A stretch of DNA of 64,000 nucleotides from Polyangiaceae bacterium (lineage in GTDB: Bacteria > Myxococcota_A > Polyangia > Polyangiales > Polyangiaceae). Below the pieces are notes generated by a model. It saw only the letters and a list, made by a program, of their open reading frames with translations. It was not told the origin of the DNA and did not search any database. The translations under genes and the position numbers were made by a program. Of this stretch, positions 9,753 through 19,100 are shown one piece after another; position 1 is the stretch's first letter; each line of letters opens with the position of its first letter. The stretch is taken from positions 64,001 to 128,000 of the forward strand of contig CBDCTZ010000005.1 in NCBI GenBank assembly GCA_965222375.1, read 5' to 3'.

Positions 9753-10394
9753 TTAGGCCGTCAAGTCGAGTGACAAGCGCGCCGCGTCGAAAAGACGGAC
9801 TCGCAAGACTTCGGCTAGTGGCTCCGCGATGCTCCGAACGACTGGATAGCCCAGTGCACCGAACAGCGTCATCCATTCCTGTGGCAACGGCGGGTCCTCT
9901 TCAACCCACAATCGACTCCGCAAGTCCCGAGCGTGCTCGGTGAGTTCAGCCAGTGCGGCTTCATCGACTTGGTCCTGCCCAGCGGGCGGCTGGAGCGGCA
10001 CGGCGACAAGCCGAGCCAACTCGAATCTGCGCGAGAGCTTAGTCGCCAAAGCCGCCGGATAGCTCTGGATGACCAACGCACACTGCCGCGGCAGCGTCAG
10101 CTGTGACCAGCCAAGCTTTGCGAACCCACGCTCGCGCACCAACTGCATTTGAACGGAGTCCACCAGGAGCTGCCCCGAGTACTCCAAGGTCGCCCGGCGC
10201 ATCACGAACGCCCGCAAGTACAACGTGAGGACTAGCCCGAATCGTCGCGTCATCGCCTGAACGTTGGTGCGCATATACACGCTGAGCACGTAGCGACCGG
10301 CCTGAGCTGGCGTGACGTCGACCTCCGTCAGGATCAAGTCGTCGAGATGTCGCTCCGCGAACGACTCCTGACTAGCGGCCTGCCGGTACGCCAT
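9753..10394 (-). CDS. Hypothetical protein
   Basis: 213-aa ORF filling the gap. MAYR start and one hydrophobic segment. Confidence 0.6.
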   Translation of the reverse strand: MAYRQAASQESFAERHLDDLILTEVDVTPAQAGRYVLSVYMRTNVQAMTRRFGLVLTLYLRAFVMRRATLEYSGQLLVDSVQMQLVRERGFAKLGWSQLTLPRQCALVIQSYPAALATKLSRRFELARLVAVPLQPPAGQDQVDEAALAELTEHARDLRSRLWVEEDPPLPQEWMTLFGALGYPVVRSIAEPLAEVLRVRLFDAARLSLDLTA

Positions 10395-10445
10395 GCTGCG
10401 GATCCTCGCTCAGGCCGGCAAGATCGCCAAGTTCCGTCGCGCGGG

Positions 10446-10563
10446 ATGGATTGGTTTTGGGGTCGCAGATCTATGGCCTGGCAGGGGCGCTACTCTCGAG
10501 CAGGCGCACCCTGTCGAGAGTAGCGGCCTAGCTGAAACAGTGCCGCGACCCCAAACCAACCAT
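10446..10563. repeat. 118-bp imperfect inverted-repeat (long hairpin) element in an intergenic region
   Basis: Outer arms ATGG-a-TTGGTTT-t-GGGGTCGC (10446-10466) and GCGACCCCAAACCAACCAT (10545-10563). Inner perfect 12-bp stem CGCTACTCTCGA (10488-10499) / TCGAGAGTAGCG (10514-10525). Confidence 0.85.
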
Positions 10564-10567
10564 AGAA

Positions 10568-10592
10568 TGAGGGACGAATCGGGTGTCCCTCA
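10568..10592 (-). terminator. Hairpin at the menA stop codon, possible terminator
   Basis: 8-bp stem TGAGGGAC / GTCCCTCA with a 9-nt loop. Only a weak U-tract follows. Confidence 0.4.
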
Positions 10593-11606
10593 GACCGTCA
10601 ATTGCAGGCCGGCATGCTGGGCGATCACATCGAGCAAGATCCCGGCGACATAGAGGGCGCCGAAGCGGCGCATGTGCAGAAACGCGAACGCCACGAACCA
10701 GAGCGGCCAGACTTTCGGGGGGAAGTTCTCGGGAGGCCGCTCTGGGCGCGGCGCTCGATACGCTTTGATCGCCAGCACCAACGTGGGCATGGCGACGAAA
10801 ACGACCAGTATCAATGCGGAAAAATAGCCGCGTACAAATAGCAGCAGCACGAGGAGGTACTGGATCACCAGCATGCCAATGGTCACGTAGCGGCTGAGAG
10901 ATTCTCCGAGCAGCACTGGCAAAGTGCGGATCTTCTTGCCCTTGTCGGCATCGAGCTTGTCGATGTGTTTGCCGAACAAAACGGCTGTCGCTCCCAGTGA
11001 GAACGGCAAGCTCGCCAAAGCAACATTCCAATCGAAGCGCCCGGTCACCACGTAATAGGTGCCGCCCACCATCAGCGGACCCCACACCACCAACACCGCG
11101 GGTTCGCCCATGCCGAAGTACTTGAGAGGCCAGGTGTAGAACAGGACGAAGAAGATCCCCGCCGCAAACAGAGTCAAGGTGGCTTGGCCCCGGGTGAACA
11201 CCAAGAACCCACCCGCCAGTAGCGCAATGCCACCGGTCACGGCGGTGTAGCGCAGCATCTGCGGCACCGTCAGAAGTCCGTGCTCCAAAGGCTGGGGGCC
11301 ATACTGGGTGCGGAAGTAGTTGCCCCGATCCACGCCCTTGGCGTGGTCGGTGAGATCGTTGACGAGGTTGTTGGTGGCGTGGGCGAACACCAGGCCCAAG
11401 GTGGTCACACCGAACGCGACGGCATCGAAGGCGTGATCCCGAAATGCCAGCAAGCCACCGATGACGGAGGCGATAATCGTCATGACGATGACCGTGAAAC
11501 GAGTCGCAATCAGCCAGCGAGAGACGACGTCCAAATCGCCCCATTCTTCCTTGCTAATCTTGGGGATGACGCGCAGGGCCTTGCCCCACATGGCGACGTT
11601 CGGCAC
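10590..11606 (-). CDS. menA: UbiA-family prenyltransferase, MenA-like (DHNA octaprenyltransferase)
   Basis: NNLVNDLTDHAKGVD, FYTWPLKYFGMGE and HIDKLDADKGKKIRTLPVLLG motifs. Multiple TM helices and a GGAGG SD. Confidence 0.8.
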   Translation of the reverse strand: MPNVAMWGKALRVIPKISKEEWGDLDVVSRWLIATRFTVIVMTIIASVIGGLLAFRDHAFDAVAFGVTTLGLVFAHATNNLVNDLTDHAKGVDRGNYFRTQYGPQPLEHGLLTVPQMLRYTAVTGGIALLAGGFLVFTRGQATLTLFAAGIFFVLFYTWPLKYFGMGEPAVLVVWGPLMVGGTYYVVTGRFDWNVALASLPFSLGATAVLFGKHIDKLDADKGKKIRTLPVLLGESLSRYVTIGMLVIQYLLVLLLFVRGYFSALILVVFVAMPTLVLAIKAYRAPRPERPPENFPPKVWPLWFVAFAFLHMRRFGALYVAGILLDVIAQHAGLQLTV

Positions 11607-11702
11607 GAGTCCTCCAGGCGCCTAGACCTCGTCGCGCCGGGCCTCCTTGTCAAGCTGGGATCTGTCCTGGCCTCCCCCGGATCCCTCCGCTAGACTGCGC
11701 CC

Positions 11703-12524
11703 GTGGTTCGAAAGCTCCTGGCGCGCGCCCTTTTTGGCTCCTGCAGTCTGGTCGCATTGCTTTCGGCCTGCTCAGGCAGCGACGAAGCAACACCGGGAGC
11801 TGGAGGCGGCGGCACGGGTGGCTCTGGCGCACTCGGCACAGGCGGCCTCGGCATCTCTGGCACCCTCGGTGGCGGCGGTCTTGGTATCGCAGGGACGCCC
11901 AACTTCGACGGCGGGTTGGCGGGTTTCGGCGCGTTCGCCGGCGCGGGAGGTGCGAGTGGTGGCTCGGGCACCGGAGGCAGCCCAACAGGCGGCACTGCCG
12001 GGGCCGGCGCAACGGGCGGTGGTAGCGGTGGTATGCCGGTCACCTGTACGGCGCCGATGGCGAACTGCAATTCCGCGCCCGACTGCGACACCAATCTGCA
12101 GCCAGCACCCAACAAATGCCTGACCGCCTCGGACCTCGGCACCCACTGCGGCGACGATGTCTGCGATGTGTTCTTCGCTTGCCTGCCTGTGACCTGGAAG
12201 GCGGCCAAAGGCGTCAAGGGTAGAGGGAGCAGGTGGTTCGTGGCGAGGAGCATCGAGTGCTCCACCTGCGCTGCGGAGACGGTCGGGCTGGCTCGGCTGC
12301 GTTCACCACCAGGAACCAACTACGATCTGTACGTGTACGAAAACTGCGGAAAGCTGGTGGGGTCATCCAAGAAGCCCGCGGGCGAAGATGACGTCATTTT
12401 CGTCGAGCAGAAAGAGGTGTCCGGGCCCCAGAGCTTCCTGTATTGGCTCGAAGTTCGTTGGGAGAGCGGCAACACCTGCGAGGACTGGCAGCTCCAGGTT
12501 TTCCGCTCAGGTTGCCTGCCCTGA
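11703..12524 (+). CDS. Lipoprotein with Gly-rich linker and Cys-rich/PPC-like C-terminal domain
   Basis: Lipobox LSAC, Gly-rich linker and SPPGTNYDLYVY motif. Confidence 0.8.
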   Translation: MVRKLLARALFGSCSLVALLSACSGSDEATPGAGGGGTGGSGALGTGGLGISGTLGGGGLGIAGTPNFDGGLAGFGAFAGAGGASGGSGTGGSPTGGTAGAGATGGGSGGMPVTCTAPMANCNSAPDCDTNLQPAPNKCLTASDLGTHCGDDVCDVFFACLPVTWKAAKGVKGRGSRWFVARSIECSTCAAETVGLARLRSPPGTNYDLYVYENCGKLVGSSKKPAGEDDVIFVEQKEVSGPQSFLYWLEVRWESGNTCEDWQLQVFRSGCLP

Positions 12525-12584
12525 AGCCGATGCGAGGCAGCCTGGCTCGGTCCGCGGCTCTAGCCGGACCGCGAGGGCACGCGC

Positions 12585-13112
12585 TCAGAGTTGCTCGAGC
12601 TCGGCATCCAGCGCGTCATCGAAACGGTCGCGCTTGCCGCTTGGCTTCGTTTTCGACGCCTGTTCGACGGCGATGGCGCGGCGGCGGCGCCATCGCAACA
12701 GCATCCACACACTAAGCCCGCCAGCGACCCCGAAGCTCAACGCCAGCACCGTGGCGAAGCCTTGCAGCGGGCTGCCTTTCGGAACCGCGCGGATCTTCTC
12801 GCCGTAGCGCTCCACGATAGCTGCCTCGACGGCGTCGACGCTCTCGCCCTTCTTGAGGCGTTGTCGGATCTCCTTGCGCAGGGCGTTGGCGCTCGGCGAC
12901 CCATGTATGTCCAAGGTCTGGTTCCAGCAGCAGGGCGCAAGCAAGCGCCCTTCGAGCACGCTGGCGCCCGGCACGTGGCCACCCAGTTCGTCCTCGGTCA
13001 CGGCCGGGGTGCCGTGGTCATCGTCGGGCCCAGCCGCCGCTGGCGCCGAAATCGCCACGATGGACAGAGCAAGCGCGCACAACAACCCGCGGTAGTCCAT
13101 TGGACGATTCAT
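12585..13112 (-). CDS. ccmH: Cytochrome c biogenesis protein CcmH/NrfF family
   Basis: LLAPCCWNQTL...S..A..LRKEIR...GES....YGEKI followed by a TM helix. Confidence 0.8.
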   Translation of the reverse strand: MNRPMDYRGLLCALALSIVAISAPAAAGPDDDHGTPAVTEDELGGHVPGASVLEGRLLAPCCWNQTLDIHGSPSANALRKEIRQRLKKGESVDAVEAAIVERYGEKIRAVPKGSPLQGFATVLALSFGVAGGLSVWMLLRWRRRRAIAVEQASKTKPSGKRDRFDDALDAELEQL

Positions 13113-13181
13113 AGCGCAGCTGCTCTCAACTGCCCACCGGGGGCGTGAAAAGCGCTTGGATTTCGCTATAGTCCGCCCACG

Positions 13182-13673
13182 ATGATGAAAACGCTGATCC
13201 TCCTGACAACCCTAGGACTGCTAGCTGCGTGCAAAGAACACCCCGACAGCGCCTCCGCGGCGGCAAGCGCTGCTGACGGTTGGAAGCAATACGGCGCCCC
13301 CTTGGGCAATAGCCCCAGAGCGAAGCTGGCCAGCGTGCTCGCCAATCCAAGCGCCCATGCGGGAAAGAAGGTTCGCCTCGACGGTGAGGTGCGGCGAGCC
13401 TGCGCTCAAAAAGGCTGTTGGATGGAGCTCAGCGATGGCAGCGGAGAAAAAGCGCCCGGCTGCCGGGTGACGTTCAAGGACTACGGCTTCTTCGTGCCGA
13501 AGGATTCCGCCGGCGCCAAAGCCCGCATGGAGGCAGTGGTGGAAGTCGAAACCGTCAAGAAGTCCCACGTGGAGCACATGGAGGCCGAGGGTGCGACCTT
13601 CGAGAAGAAGAACCCCGACGGCACCGCCGAGGAGGTCCGCCTTGTCGCTAGCGGGGTTCTGCTCAAGAAATGA
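13182..13673 (+). CDS. DUF4920-like lipoprotein
   Basis: Lipobox LAAC, CAQKGCWMEL and RVTFKDYGFFVPKD motifs. Confidence 0.8.
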   Translation: MMKTLILLTTLGLLAACKEHPDSASAAASAADGWKQYGAPLGNSPRAKLASVLANPSAHAGKKVRLDGEVRRACAQKGCWMELSDGSGEKAPGCRVTFKDYGFFVPKDSAGAKARMEAVVEVETVKKSHVEHMEAEGATFEKKNPDGTAEEVRLVASGVLLKK

Positions 13674-13676
13674 GCT

Positions 13677-13698
13677 AATGTTAACATTGATAACATTG
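13677..13698. promoter_or_regulatory. Candidate transcription-factor operator
   Basis: Perfect palindrome AATGTTAACATT (13677-13688) plus direct repeat TAACATTG (13682, 13691). AT-rich in a GC-rich context. Confidence 0.5.
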
Positions 13699-13742
13699 GG
13701 CTCGCTTGGCCAGAGCCCCGTAGGATGTGCTACCGCTTGGCC

Positions 13743-14822
13743 ATGTTTCGCCTGGCGGCCCTGGTTCTGAGCCTGTTTTTGGCTCTGACGCTGACGCAGA
13801 CGGCGTCCGCCAAGCAGCGCGTGCATGTCGTGGCTTCGGGACACACGCTGGGCAAAGTCGCGAAACGTTACAACGTGAGCATCGCCGATCTGTGCAAGGT
13901 CAACCGGATCCGGCGGCGCGACCCCCTCAAGATCGGCCAGCGTTTGTTCATCCCGTCTAAGGATGGAACCGTCGAACGGGGTGCGGCGAAGAAGATCGAG
14001 GCGAAGAAGAAGGCCGAGACCAAAGCCAAGGCAGAGCGGAAAACGAAGAAGGACCGCGAAGCCAAAGCGCGCGACCCGAGCAAGATCCGCCGCCTGGGCA
14101 AGGATGGTCTGCGGGTGCTCGAACTGCCCGGCGCCGGCCCAGCTTACTACTACGAACCCGTCGGCCCCGGCCGCCTGGGGTTACGTCCGTTGATCATCTA
14201 CATGCATGGTCGCGGAGGAAACCCAAGACGGGATTGCCAGCGTTGGGCGCCCGTCGCCCGCCGCCTGGGTTGGCTAGTTTGCCCGTCGGGTCCTGGGGCT
14301 CGTGGCGACGGCCGCGGTTGGAACAACAACTGGGCTGTCGGGCAGCGTACCGCCTTGGCCGTGGTCCGCGGATTCCGAAAGCAATTCGGTCGACGGATAC
14401 AACTCTACGGCAATACTCTGATCGGTTTTTCCGAAGGCGCCTACGTGGCCATGAACGTCGGAGTTCGCGAGCCGCGCACCTTCAATCGCTTGCTTATTCT
14501 TGCGGGCAAGACGGCCTATTGGGGCGGCCCCGGGCTCGAAGCGCTGGCACGGGCCAAGCGGCGCCTGCGGCGCGTCTATCTCATCACAGGCGAGCAGGAT
14601 AGCGTCATCGACGGCACCAACGCCTTGCGCCAAATCTTGAAAAAGCACCGGGTTCCGACCCGCATCAGCACGCCCACGGGCCTGGGCCACGAGCTGGCAT
14701 TGGAGCGCAAGCGCTCCATGTATCGCGCCGCCTTGGTGTGGCTGGAGCGAGGCTCGACCGGAAAGAAACGACGCAAGAGCGTCGCCCGCAACGCCAAGAA
14801 CAAGAGCGCGCGCAAGCGCTGA
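13743..14822 (+). CDS. Secreted LysM-domain alpha/beta-hydrolase (esterase-like)
   Basis: Signal peptide, LysM (HVVASGHTLGKVAKRYNVS...LKIGQRLFIP), Lys-rich linker, HGRGG, GFSEGA nucleophile elbow and LGHE. ATG 13743 preferred over 13725. Confidence 0.82.
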   Translation: MFRLAALVLSLFLALTLTQTASAKQRVHVVASGHTLGKVAKRYNVSIADLCKVNRIRRRDPLKIGQRLFIPSKDGTVERGAAKKIEAKKKAETKAKAERKTKKDREAKARDPSKIRRLGKDGLRVLELPGAGPAYYYEPVGPGRLGLRPLIIYMHGRGGNPRRDCQRWAPVARRLGWLVCPSGPGARGDGRGWNNNWAVGQRTALAVVRGFRKQFGRRIQLYGNTLIGFSEGAYVAMNVGVREPRTFNRLLILAGKTAYWGGPGLEALARAKRRLRRVYLITGEQDSVIDGTNALRQILKKHRVPTRISTPTGLGHELALERKRSMYRAALVWLERGSTGKKRRKSVARNAKNKSARKR

Positions 14823-14825
14823 TTG

Positions 14826-15107
14826 TCAGTGCCAAGCTGACGCGGTCTTGACGGGTTCGTTGTTGCGGTCATGGTCCGCAACGCGTTTTTCCGCATCGCC
14901 GATGCAACCCACACAGCAGGCAAATTGCGAACCGTGGTCACAGGTGATGATAGTGGCAGTGGCGGGTGAGGCGTTCATCTCTGCCGCATCGATATGCCGT
15001 CCGCAAGAGATGCAGTGGATGTGTTGATGACTGGTGTTGGGCCCGGGGCGGTGATGTGGGTCCTGTGCCTTCCGCTCGCGCTTGGTCATGCGCTTCTGAC
15101 GCTTCAT
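14826..15107 (-). CDS. Small Cys/His-rich (putative Zn-binding) hypothetical protein
   Basis: Basic N-terminus, then CISC, CDH and CCVGC. Confidence 0.7.
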   Translation of the reverse strand: MKRQKRMTKRERKAQDPHHRPGPNTSHQHIHCISCGRHIDAAEMNASPATATIITCDHGSQFACCVGCIGDAEKRVADHDRNNEPVKTASAWH

Positions 15108-15198
15108 CTCACGGCGGATGAAAGCCGAGGTAGGGCTGTCGGGTCAAGGTCCACTTCCCCTCCCCTCGCTTTCAACGTATGGGTCAGTGCGATTGTCC

Positions 15199-16125
15199 GT
15201 GTACCAAACCCTCGAACCCTTCCTCATTCCCGCTCAGCTCATTCTTGCGATGCTGGGCATGGGTGCCACGATGACTGTCGCGGATTTCGGCAGAGTGGGC
15301 CGCGATCCGCGTGGACTAGCGGTCGGATTGGCTCTGCAGTGGCTGTACGTGCCGGGCGTCGCGTTGGCGTTCGTTAACGTCTTGTCCTTGGGCGAGGGCT
15401 GGGCGGTCGGTCTGCTCCTGGTGAGCGCGGTTCCAGGAGGTGCGTTTTCCAACCTGCTTACGTTTCTGGGCAAAGGCAATGTGCCGCTGAGCATCGCGGT
15501 TACCAGTGTCACGACCCTCGCCTCGGTGCTGATGGTGCCGTTGATTCTCCAGATCGGAGCCGGCGCCATCTTGCCACCGGACTTCCGGTTCCCGATTGGG
15601 CGCGTGATGCTGGAGATCTTCGGCTACCTACTAGCGCCCCTGGCGCTGGGCATGGTGGCGCGTCGGCGGCTGGCTCGTTGGGCGCCGGCTTTGAGCCGGT
15701 GGGCGATCCGCGGAAGCCTTGCGCTGGTGCTCAGCATTGCGGCTGGCTCGCTGGGCACGGGGCGCATCCGGGTGGCCGAATACGGCTGGGGGCCACCGCT
15801 GATCATCTTGGCCTTCGGGATCTTCCTGACCTTGACGGTGCCCCAGGTCTGTCGCCTGCTCGGGCGCTACGACGACGACACCGTGGCCATCACCATCGAA
15901 GTCGCGGTGCGCAACGTCGGCGTGGGCCTGCTCGTGGTGCACTTCTTCTTTCCCGGCCAAGCCGAGCAAGGAATGGTGCTTTTTTCGGCGCTTTTCTATG
16001 CCGGCGCCTCACCGGCCTTCGCGATTCCGACGCTGCTACGGCACCGCTGGGGCAAGCCCGTCGTGCTTTTGCGCCGGCCCAAGCCGCGGCCTCAGGCCGA
16101 ATCGAGCTCGGCCTTGAGCTCTTGA
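15199..16125 (+). CDS. Bile acid:sodium symporter (BASS) family transporter
   Basis: MLGMGATMT..DF, PGGAFSNLLTFLGKGNVPLSI and IEVAVRN motifs. GTG 15199 chosen; ORF extends to 15118. Confidence 0.88.
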   Translation: MYQTLEPFLIPAQLILAMLGMGATMTVADFGRVGRDPRGLAVGLALQWLYVPGVALAFVNVLSLGEGWAVGLLLVSAVPGGAFSNLLTFLGKGNVPLSIAVTSVTTLASVLMVPLILQIGAGAILPPDFRFPIGRVMLEIFGYLLAPLALGMVARRRLARWAPALSRWAIRGSLALVLSIAAGSLGTGRIRVAEYGWGPPLIILAFGIFLTLTVPQVCRLLGRYDDDTVAITIEVAVRNVGVGLLVVHFFFPGQAEQGMVLFSALFYAGASPAFAIPTLLRHRWGKPVVLLRRPKPRPQAESSSALSS

Positions 16126-19100
16126 GCCGGGCCATGTTCGGGGTTCTCGGATAGCGCCTTGTTCACCATCACCTTGGCGCGTCGAACGTCACCTTGGTTC
16201 TTCGCCATCAGCGCAAGTTGATACTGGGCATGGGCACGCTGGTCCGGGCTGACCGCCTCGTGGGTGTCGTCACCACCAGGGCGGAGCATGGTGACGGCGC
16301 GGAAGGCTCGGCCCGCCGTATCTTGATCGTCTAGATCCAAAGCGAGCTGGCCCAGTTCCAACGCCACCAACGGGTTCTTCATGTCCATCTCGAAAGCCTT
16401 GGTCATGGATCCGAGCGCCTCGTGTAACAGGCCGCCACCGAGCTGAAGCTCCGAGACCTGCCGATACACGATGCCGAGAGCGGGATTTCGCCTGCCCTTG
16501 TAGCCAGCGATGATCTCGTTCAGCAGCGCCATGGCTTCTTCACCACGCCCCACCACCGCCAGTCCCCGGGCGTAGGCAACCGAGCCCTCGACACTCTCGG
16601 GGCTCAGGCTGCGTGCTTCTTCCAGGACCCGAAGGCCGTCCTCGGCACCATCTTCGGCGAACAGCAGCTGGGAACCTGCCGTGAGCAGCAAGCCATGCCG
16701 CGTATTGATGTCCTGTTCACTCTCGGCCTGAGCCAACAGCAGTTCTGCGAGAGCCCGATACTCTTCAATCAAGGTGTAGAGATGGACCAGCCGCTCGCGC
16801 AAATCTTCCCGTTCTGGCGCCACACCAAAGGCGCGCTCGAGGCCACCGCGTGCGTCTGCGGGGCGCCCAGCCTGCTCGCAGGAGTGGGCCAGCCAAAGGG
16901 CAGTATTCACCAAGTCGTCGCCGTCGGTCAGAGCGATCAGCTTGCGGTAGGCGGTCGCCGCACCGTCCCAATACTCTCCGGTGACCTCGAGCTCTGCTAG
17001 TTTGTGCCAGAGCGCCGCGTCCTTGGGGCTTTCCTTGAGCATCTCGTTCAGCCGCGCTCGCGCGGCCTCCACGTTGCCCGTGCTCTCGAACAGCTCCACC
17101 AACTTGATGGACAGCTCCCGATCTGCCGGTGGTTCTGCGCGCAAGATCGCACGCTCCAAAGCGCCCGCTAGAGGGCCGCTGACGTCGACGTCTAGCGCGG
17201 CGGCTGCTTCATAGGCAGCCACGGCTTCCTCGACCTGATCGTCCGCTTCAAGTAGCTGTGCACGACTGAAACTGAGTTCCTGATCTTCGGGACTGGCCTC
17301 GAGCAACTGGTCCACGGCGCCGAGAGCCTCCCGAGGCTCGTTGGCCTGCAACGCCGTCTCAACCAGACGGGTGACCAGCGCGCGATCCGAAGAGTGAGCC
17401 ACCGCCTGCGCAAGTAGCCGCGTGGCCCGGCTCAAATCGCCCTGTTCGACACAGCGCTGTAGCAGGGGCTCGCGCAGCTCTTCATTGTCCGGGCAGGCGA
17501 TGAACCCCAGCTCCAGGGCCCGCTCTGCGCCCTCTTCATCCATCAATTCCCGCCGCGCTTCGAGCAAGCGCTCAGTGATGGTGAGCGCCTCATCGCCGCC
17601 CAAGACCCCGAGCAGCCCCTCGAGCGTTTCCGCGACCAAGTACGGATCCTCTCGACCTTCCGCGAGTCGGAGCAGTGCACGCCAGATGTCTTCGTTGTTG
17701 CGCTCCCAATCCGTCACTGCGTAGTAGGCGTCGAATGCGTCATCGGGTCGCTCTAGGCGCTCGAGCAGCGTGCCAAGCTTCAATGAGGTGTCCGCAATCA
17801 CCGCGGCGTCCTGTCGATCCTTGGCGCTGTCCACTCGCGTCACGTAGAGCGAAACCAACTCGTCGGTCTTGCCCTGGCCCTCATAGAGCTCCGTCAAAAG
17901 CTCCGATGCCCGAGCGTGCGCCGGATCTTCCTCCAGGATTTCGCGGAGAATGTCGGCTGCGGCTTCGGACTGCTGCTGATCGAGCAGGATGTTCGCTTGC
18001 TCCAGGCGGAGCCGTGCCCGATCTTCTGAAGAATCGACGAGAGTCACCGTCTGCTCGAGAACTCTCACCAGCTTTTCGCTGTCGGACTGCTCGCGGTAGA
18101 TCTCCAGCAGCGGCTGCCAAACCTCCCGATCTGCTGGTTCTTGCTCCAGCAAGCGTTCATAGATGGTCGCTGCACGAGTCAGATCCGAGAGTTCTCCACG
18201 CACCCGCGCGGCAACGTCCAGCCACGCAGCACGAGCAGCCGCCGGGTCGAGCAATGGCGCCGCTTGCTCCCGCAGATCCAGAGCTCGGGGCAGTACGCCG
18301 GCGGCTTCCAGGCGACGCGAGAGCTCCATGCGCACCCAGGCGCCGTCAGCGTCGGAAAGTCGCGAAGCCATTGCGAGCCCGGATTCGAGCAACTCCTTGG
18401 ACAGGGCATGCTCTTCCAGAGCATCCGTTAGCTCGACGCCTTCCCGGATGACCTCGATGCCGGCGGTGGGCAGGCGGGCCAAAAGCACTAGGGCATCCAC
18501 GAGCTTCTTGGCGTCACCGGTGCTGCGGGCGACACGCTCGAAGAGCGCGACGACACGTTCGTCGTCCGCCTGTTCTGCGAGCGCTCCCCGCAGGAGTTGT
18601 TCGGCTCGGTTGACGTCCGCACAAAGCTCCAGGGCACGCTCGAGAACTTCTACCGCGCGCTCGCCTTGTTCTCCGCTCGCAAAGTATATTGCCGCCAACC
18701 GATAATAGGGCTCCGCCCCTGCGCGCGTGGCTTTGGGTCGGCCGCCGCTGGCGATGCGGTGTTCCAAAACCTTGGCTTCGGCGTCCGCATCTCCCAGCCA
18801 GTCGAAGACCCGAGACAGTGCCTCCCAGGCTCGGTCGTCGCTCGCGCCCGTACTCGAGAGTTCGCCCTCGAGTTCTCCGGCACGCTCCCGAAGTCGATCT
18901 TCCACGGCGGTCAGTCCGCCTAGGTGTTCCGCGTACAGAAAGGCGAGATCGGACAGCGCCCGTGCGGCGGTTTCGGCGTTCGGTGCGCGCTCGAGCCGCG
19001 ACTCCACCGCCCGGGACAGCAGGTCATATCGTTTGCGGGTGCCCAGCGCACTCTCCAACGCCTCGCTCTCGCGCTCGCTTTCCAGAGCGGCCTCGAAGGC

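Noticed and set aside
10446..10563. Integron attC site
   Set aside because: It lacks correctly oriented RYYYAAC/GTTRRRY ends, and there is no integrase or cassette array.
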